Source of the DNA: Azolla caroliniana
Lineage: Eukaryota > Plantae > Polypodiophyta
Direction of reading: 5' to 3'
Length of the DNA: 15,373 nt
Assembly: GCA_043228905.1 (NCBI GenBank)
Contig: JBHGNT010000801.1
Span: 1 to 15,373, forward strand
Part shown: in pieces, positions 8,936 to 15,373 of the stretch
Layout of the letters: each line of letters begins with the position of its first letter
Position numbering within the stretch: position 1 is the first letter of the stretch
Notes under the pieces: model-generated
Databases searched by the model: none
What the model saw: only the letters and a program-made list of their open reading frames with translations
What the model was told of the DNA's origin: nothing
Made by a program: the position numbers and the translations under genes

Positions 8936-10465
8936 ATGGATTGCCCAGGTCCTTGCCTGAGAACAAAGGCATCATGGGTTCTTGTAATTGCTTGTGTTTG
9001 CTTGACTATATGTATGCAATCTATCTTTGTGTGGGGATCTATGTTAGTAGCATCATGTGATGATTCTCTGGTTGTCTCGAAACCATTTCCGGAAACTCTG
9101 GTTCTTCGAAAGCTCTTATCGGACGAGGAAAAGGAAAATGCTGGGCCGAAAACTGGCGGTATATCACTCGAGCCTGCTCCGGGAACTGCCTCTACATTCC
9201 AGTTCATGGAGACTGCGATCAAAATGCCAGACTCTGGCATGGAAATCAAAAAATTCCCAGGGGCAGAAGCCATAAGACAAGTCCACATGCCGGGCGCTGA
9301 AATCAAAATGCCCTACGATGATGGTCCGAGCCGTAGAGATACTTCTATTGATCCGAGAGATTTCGAGGACGATCGAAAGCCGGCCGAATTCGTTAAGGAA
9401 AGACACAATTATGGTGCTGGAAATCCAACCAAAAAATATGGCGAAAAACACGAAGACAAGGATTATGGTGGAAAGGGGGGGGGCAAAGACGAGAAGCTTG
9501 ATAATGTGACCGAAGAGAGGTCCAAAGAACACGATGATGAAGAAGAGGCTGAAGAAAGAAAGGATTCAAATGATGAGAATGTCGAAGAGATTGACCTGCA
9601 TCGGGATGTGAAGTACAAGGAACAAGAAACTGGAGTTCTCGGGGAATTTCGAAAGGCTTCGAATGACATAGAGGCTCGACTAGGGGAACTTCGGAGTAGT
9701 GACACCGATACTGTGGGGCAAACACGAGAGGATGAGGACTACGACATATTGCAAGAGCTAGCCGAATTCCCTAGCAAGTTCCAAGAGACTGCGGGACGAG
9801 TGGCGGATCATCTCCGGCCCGACGTCTTGAAATGGACGGGCACCTCGAAAGAGTATTTTGACATCGCGAACCAACAAATTGCGGAGAGCTTCTTGCCCCT
9901 CATCGGGAGGCAATACGCACCCTTCGTTGCCACAATGGTCTCCTATGCCATCCTTCTTCTCCCTTTGATCGTAGTCATTTTGCTCTTCGAGCACATAAAG
10001 GCCCTCTTCTCCTTGCAAAAAGTCATCCTTTTCGCCAACATCTACTTGACCTCGTATTTCGCGACCCTGTGGATTGCTTCTTTAGTCCTAGGTCTCGAGC
10101 CGATGTCCTTCTTCTTCCACAACACGTTGTCGAGCTATATCTCCCTTCAAATTCTACAAGCCCTCGGATATGGTGTCTACCTTCTCTTACAAGGATCTAA
10201 TGTTCTCTACTCTTTCACATTGGACAAGTTGTTGATCATAAAGCTCGCCGCAGTGGCTCAATGGATCGTGGCTCTATCCGTTGGTCTTCATTACTATGTG
10301 ACCGTGTTCCATCCTGCCATCGCCATAAAGCCCCCCCGGACAAGCTGGAAATCCTATGCGGTTTACATGATCTCTTTCTTCATCTTATGCCTCTTTGGAA
10401 AGTTAAGAGAGGCAAAGAAGCAATATACGAACACATGGAGTGTCAACACAACCAAAAAGAGTTGA
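8936..10465 (+). CDS. Uncharacterised multi-pass membrane protein, 509 aa, At4g39840-like ('cell wall integrity/stress response component-like') family
   Basis: Uninterrupted, GC-elevated 1530-nt ORF. Hydrophobic N-terminus (WVLVIACVCLTICMQSIFVWG), E/D/K-rich region, then ~5 TM helices with motifs FSLQK..F..IYL..YF, GLEP..FF, LQILQALGY, VGLHYYV.VFH, PP.T.WK and terminal KKx. The family match is from recall, not a search. Confidence 0.88.
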   Translation: MDCPGPCLRTKASWVLVIACVCLTICMQSIFVWGSMLVASCDDSLVVSKPFPETLVLRKLLSDEEKENAGPKTGGISLEPAPGTASTFQFMETAIKMPDSGMEIKKFPGAEAIRQVHMPGAEIKMPYDDGPSRRDTSIDPRDFEDDRKPAEFVKERHNYGAGNPTKKYGEKHEDKDYGGKGGGKDEKLDNVTEERSKEHDDEEEAEERKDSNDENVEEIDLHRDVKYKEQETGVLGEFRKASNDIEARLGELRSSDTDTVGQTREDEDYDILQELAEFPSKFQETAGRVADHLRPDVLKWTGTSKEYFDIANQQIAESFLPLIGRQYAPFVATMVSYAILLLPLIVVILLFEHIKALFSLQKVILFANIYLTSYFATLWIASLVLGLEPMSFFFHNTLSSYISLQILQALGYGVYLLLQGSNVLYSFTLDKLLIIKLAAVAQWIVALSVGLHYYVTVFHPAIAIKPPRTSWKSYAVYMISFFILCLFGKLREAKKQYTNTWSVNTTKKS

Positions 10466-11029
10466 TTATCTATCAAAATTCACTTATCTCCTTTAACCTT
10501 GCACCCTAAACCCATTGATCCCGTCACATATTGGTTGGTCTTCATAGTCTTGCCCCTCCCTTATTTTAAAATTGTAGTTTGTGAAGTTCTTTCTGGTTGT
10601 CATGCAATTTGAAACAAATATGTACTGAAGCAACTTCTCTGATCAACGACAAACATCAAACAAGAAGGAATTGATCAAATGTTTATCGACTCCACTATGC
10701 TTCGTCTCTCAAATCTTACCAATGGATCCGAATTAAACATGGTTGACTTGTCTTTACATATGCCTTTATCCCTAAACCACCCTAAAGCTATGGATCCATT
10801 CCAATATTTGCCATGATCTCCTTGCTCGTTATATTTTTTGAATTCTTTTTATTTTGTTTTGATGTAAGTTCGAGACTACATGTATTTTAATTTGAGATAT
10901 CATATAACTCCTTAAACCTCAAAAACCATGGATCCTTTGAAATGTTTGGTGATCTTCAAGATCTCTTCTTTCAATATTTTGATCTATATTTATTGAAACT
11001 ATTGAAGAATGTAGGTGAGACAGTAGGGT

Positions 11030-11420
11030 AGCTCCTTCACGCATTTAGGTTTCTTGAACCTGTCATTCTCTTGATTTGCCAAAATTTGAAGTTTTTTCAT
11101 TTGCTGTCATTGGGAGTATAATTTGAGACAATATATGTATCTGGTTCCATAATGATATATCCATTAGTTTTGAATCGTGATGGCATGGCACTACACATTC
11201 CATGAAGTGAGATGTGCTTTACGACAAATTCATTTGAGATTAGGGGCGCTACCAATTGACTCGTAATTAAAGGTTGTCATAACATTGACATTGGCATATT
11301 TTTGCATAGAGTGGGGAAATAGCATTGCCTTCCAAAATGCCATGTGAACAAAGAGGTATGAGTGAAGACTAAATGTTGGAACAAAGAGATTCAATTGATG
11401 GTATGCTATGAAACAAACTT
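11030..11420 (+). mobile_element. Possible decayed non-LTR (LINE, RTE-like) ORF2 C-terminal remnant
   Basis: Broken frames give LEPVIL, LGALPIDS, LHRVGK*HCLPK and WYA in the order expected for the post-RT region (PVLLYG..W / E.G..PI / RLPK). Resemblance only. Confidence 0.33.
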
Positions 11421-13259
11421 CCCTATGTTGTTGATTAGATCATGGCTACTTGGATGAGCCAAATGTATATTGTGTTATCTTTGTCACTTTGTAAGTCACA
11501 AGAAGTAAGCTACAAGGTACTACAATAGTTAATCAAGAACGTTTGTCATCTCCATAAATGGTTATTTGGGTCATACCTTAAATGTATATGTACAATGATG
11601 GAAATGTCCATGCCTAAATCATTTTTTCCGTGTCCTAGTAAATCCCATGTGATATACATATGTCCATGATCCTTTGAGGAATCATAGTATCCATTGCACC
11701 TCTAGCTCTAAGGTAAGGCAAGGTAAATGACAATGGTGGCGAGGTGAGCAACAATGTTGGTGCATGGTTAGCATCTGACAATGATAGAAGTTAGATGCTC
11801 ACTGAAGAGAAGAGAAAGACTTGTTTTGCTTTCATGTGATGAAGAGTGTTAGACCATCCCATGTTAAGGTCTCATTAAAGACAAAAATAAAATATGGCCA
11901 TTTCTCAAAAAAGAAAAACCAACTCTAAAGCCACATAGGATGACTTTGCAATTTAATCATCGTAATGTGAAAGAGGTTAACCTACTACGATATTGTTCCT
12001 ACCATGCCCTAGGTTTTATGCATAGAGGCTATACATTTACATCGTAAGTTCTCATACACATCTACGATCATCATGTTAGGACTACCACAGTTGTATTAAG
12101 GAGTTTATATCCGACAAATAGTAGATTAATAGGTCTTAAATATTCATTGACTTTTTAATCGTGATCTCTAAGCAACAATTTACATAATTTAAGGACTACA
12201 AATGTAAAAAAAAGTTCTCACTTTGGGATAACGATTTCATTACACTAGTTTCCAATATTTTGTGTTTGTGGAATGAATCCTGAAGGTTGTTTTCAATTAT
12301 AGTAAATATTTAAAGCGAACATTCATAAATTGGTGTTTTGGTGGCGACCAAAATTTTGAGTCACATTATTTCTTCAACTATTGCAACTACCTATAAAGTA
12401 AGTAGCCGTTAATGTACAATTAATATCAACCCACTACACTTCATATTCATCTTCCAATTGTTTCAATAATATGTGAAAGCTTGTTTAGTACTTGTCTTGA
12501 AGAATTTCAAGTGAAGAGCAAAATCATAAGAATGAGCTTAAAAGTTGTGGAGACACGTGCCTTTGTTTAAATTATCCCCGTGAACACTAATGACAAGTTT
12601 ACATGTCTTCCTTGTTACTCAAATCCTAATTCTAAATACAATCTTCATTGCTATCGATGGTCACATTTGACTGGTCTCTTCTTTTTGTGTTTAGTTAATT
12701 CAAGGTGTCATTCCTTCTTTGACAAGTAGCTTGTTTACAATGTTTTTTGACTTGGAGGTTGGTTGTCATCATGATCCGTGACTTGATATGTTGTAATTAT
12801 TCCTATTCACCTCTATTGTTGCAATAATTTTGTATTGGATAGGTTATTATTTTAAGCTAAAATGTTGTTGGGACTCCACATTGTTCATGGCCACTAATAA
12901 ACTAAGTCTTAAAATACATAATGTGCTATGTAACTTTAATGACTTGAAATATCATTTATCAATAAATTCCATTTTATATTGCCTAAGACTCAAGATACAC
13001 TTGGGAAACTAGTAACACATCAAACAATAGCCTAATTTCTAGAAATTGCACACATGGACTATGTATGCCCCCCTTCTTATCAATGAAATGAGAATAAGTA
13101 CTAAGGGCTCATTTTGTAAACTCTCTATGATATCTAAACTTCAGATATTCTTATTATTTGTAATATTTTACTTGGCCTTAATGTTGTCCGTACATGAGAT
13201 TACAAACTAATGGACAAGTCTATTGTTGATTACTTATGTGCATTGTTATGAGCATGAGC

Positions 13260-13930
13260 ATGTACACATGCCTGACACGAGAGGGTGGAAATAAGGAGAG
13301 AGGTTTATTGGTAGCTGGATACAAAACGAAGTGCCTTGGATAAATTTTCTTGAATGAATTTCCTTTGAGATGGACATTTGAAAGCACAAATCATTTTTGC
13401 CACATTGACATCTAAATGATACTTGAAAACAAATGTGAATTGGGGGTTGATAAATTTGCATATTTGTTGACTCTCCCATTCAAATCATTATTATTCTTGA
13501 GAAAATACACCAATTGACAAACAAAGTAATAGAAAAGTTGGGTTTTGATCATGAGGAAGATAAATGGAGAGGCTTAACGGTTGAGCATTCGAAAGTTATG
13601 AAGAAAAAGGGGGTCGGAAGTCCTTGAATATGAAACAAGCAAGGCCTTGCAGTGTGGAGAAGGGCAGAAAACAAAAGTCCAATTTCTAGAAAAGAATTGT
13701 TGACTGGTTCATAGGTGAAGGCAAGAGCAACAATGATTTAATGTTGGACACAAATCAATGATCTAATGTGAATATGGGATTCTAGAAGAAAAGTGACCAT
13801 AAAATGAAATCGACAGAATAAAACAAATTCGTTTTTCGAAAATAAAGTAAACTTATGGAGTCGAATAAAAGAAGTGCCTTTTGTGATACTTTAGGAATGC
13901 CTTCCTTATATGAGAATAAGAATGTGGGAA
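13260..13930 (+). mobile_element. Possible decayed LINE endonuclease (APE) remnant
   Basis: Purine-rich, coding-like + strand with stops and frameshifts. GLINLH (cf. INIYAP), RIVDWF (cf. RLDRF) and SDHK (13792) occur in APE order. Weak resemblance. Confidence 0.28.
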
Positions 13931-14347
13931 TTATTAATTAGATTCCATAGGGACAATTTGTCAAGCACAAGACATATTTGTAGAAAGAGACAATTTAATG
14001 GACTTTCTAGCAAGAAAGGCCATGTACGTTACAAACACCATTCTAGGAGGGTGCATAAGCTTTGCGGATACTTTTACGGGGTAGTCCACGATAGGTTGTA
14101 GGTTCCCTTGTTGGAAAGGCTAATCGTCATACTACGCATCTGCTCTTGTAAGGAACTATCATGAGAAACTATCGACATTCTTCCAACTTGGGGACACCCT
14201 TGTTAAGAAGGAAAGGCAAAGCTAGGCTTGTAGTTGTGGGGTATCAACCATTGTGATTGTTGCCCTAGGTACAACTACATCAGGCACAATTGGCGAATGT
14301 TGTACTACAAAAGGACGACACTAGCTAGCGAGTGTTCTTTGCAGCGA

Positions 14348-14365
14348 GGGGGGGGGGGGGGGGGG
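14348..14365 (+). repeat. G18 homopolymer
   Basis: 18 consecutive G. Confidence 0.95.
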
Positions 14366-14574
14366 CTCTATCTGGCTTAGAAGATTTGTGAGTGTTCTAG
14401 GTAGGAGAAGAATTCTTGTAATGAAAAGATGAAAAGATATGTGCCGCCAGGTTTCGGACGATCTTGTAGGAGCAAATCTTGTAAGGAACACTCACTCCTC
14501 AGGACATCCTTCTAGTAAAGGCCCATGTGAGGTCCCCAGCTCAAATTCTCAAATAGGGGCACTTTTCCACCATT

Positions 14575-14633
14575 AAATAAATGAATAAATGAATAAATGA
14601 ATGAATGAATAAATATGTAAATAAATGAAATGA
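14575..14633. repeat. Compound (AATAAATG)/(AATG) microsatellite
   Basis: AATAAATGAATAAATGAATAAATGAATGAATGAATAAAT... Confidence 0.88.
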
Positions 14634-15113
14634 CTCCTCTTTCTAGATATCTATCCATAACACACTAAGGCTTTTATCTTCCCTGTCTGTCTTTCTTTTA
14701 TGTTTTAAGTATTCAGAAAACACACAGAAATTCCGCAAATTTCACCCGATTTCGCTACAGTTTGAAGGTAACCCACTTCATGAAATCACTTGTTTTAGCT
14801 TCATTTCGTGGAGATTTGTGTTCCTGTGCTTTCTCTGCTGTTTATTTTTAAGTGAAATATTGTTACCAGAAAATGAGACAGTTTTGAAGCTTTTTAACAG
14901 TGGATTTGTACTTCAGCTACCTCTTAATGGAGCTATGGCTTTTTTTTTTTTGGGCATGGACTTCTTGTCAATTTTGGCTTTGATTTGGCAGAAAGAATCT
15001 GTAGCATCAATATCAAAAGGGTCAATAGTAGAAGAAGCTTCAGTTAAGGGAGACACCATAGTTAAAGGTAACATATTCTGTGTTTTTGATTGTTGACTCA
15101 TGCCAAATAGAAA

Positions 15114-15256
15114 CATATGTGTGTGTCTGTGTTTATAGATATGTGTATGTATACACGTAAGTATCTATATATGCAAGTATGTACCTATATTTGTTTTGCA
15201 TGTGTTATGTACGTATATATATGCACATGCATGTCTATATACATGTGTATGTATGT
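15114..15256. repeat. Degenerate alternating purine-pyrimidine (TA/TG/CA) low-complexity tract
   Basis: ATATGTGTGTGTCTGTGT...GTATATATATGCACATGCATGTCTATATACATGTGTATGTATG. Confidence 0.85.
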
Positions 15257-15373
15257 TTTTATTTGGTGTTAGATGATAATTCAATGACATCCCACATTAA
15301 ATTAGATGATGGTTGGATGATGATGTGAATAACAATTGTGGGAATGACGTGATATGTGGGATTATAGATGGTT

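Noticed and set aside
8905-10018. Antisense and alternate-frame ORFs overlapping the 509-aa CDS
   Set aside because: Shadow ORFs expected from GC-richer coding sequence, with no recognisable motifs.
12336-12353. Hairpin TTTTGGT-GGCG-ACCAAAA / TGGCGAC as a retroelement PBS or Helitron end
   Set aside because: No adjacent LTR end (..CA) and no downstream CTRR at the expected spacing; a short AT-rich stem can arise by chance.
14913-15116. Minus-strand 67-aa ORF with PKKKK NLS-like motif
   Set aside because: The lysine run comes from a T homopolymer, and there is no recognisable domain or gene context.

Overview
AT-rich land-plant nuclear DNA with GT-AG introns, telo-boxes and a site II motif. 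It holds two divergently arranged genes. (1) Minus strand: a complete 8-exon cytosolic asparaginyl-tRNA synthetase (SYNC1-type, bacterial-like class IIb core with a WHEP-like helical insertion). Reconstructed CDS join(5787-5557,4672-4436,4348-3758,3644-3459,3375-3311,3039-2910,2471-2413,2319-2136) = 1683 nt, 560 aa, plus a probable 5'UTR intron (6168-5801). (2) Plus strand: an uninterrupted 509-aa ORF (8936-10465) with an N-terminal signal/anchor, an acidic low-complexity region and about 5 C-terminal TM helices, resembling the uncharacterised At4g39840-like family (recognised from memory). Downstream of AsnRS lie two different three-copy tandem arrays (157-bp and 166-bp units). The right third is intergenic, with possible decayed LINE fragments, microsatellites, a G18 run and possibly the 5' leader of a further gene. 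I find no clear new multi-gene system. The best leads are regulatory: two mutually exclusive hairpins over the AsnRS leader splice donor, a stop-free in-frame AsnRS intron, and a uORF or alternative N-terminal exon on the membrane-protein gene.
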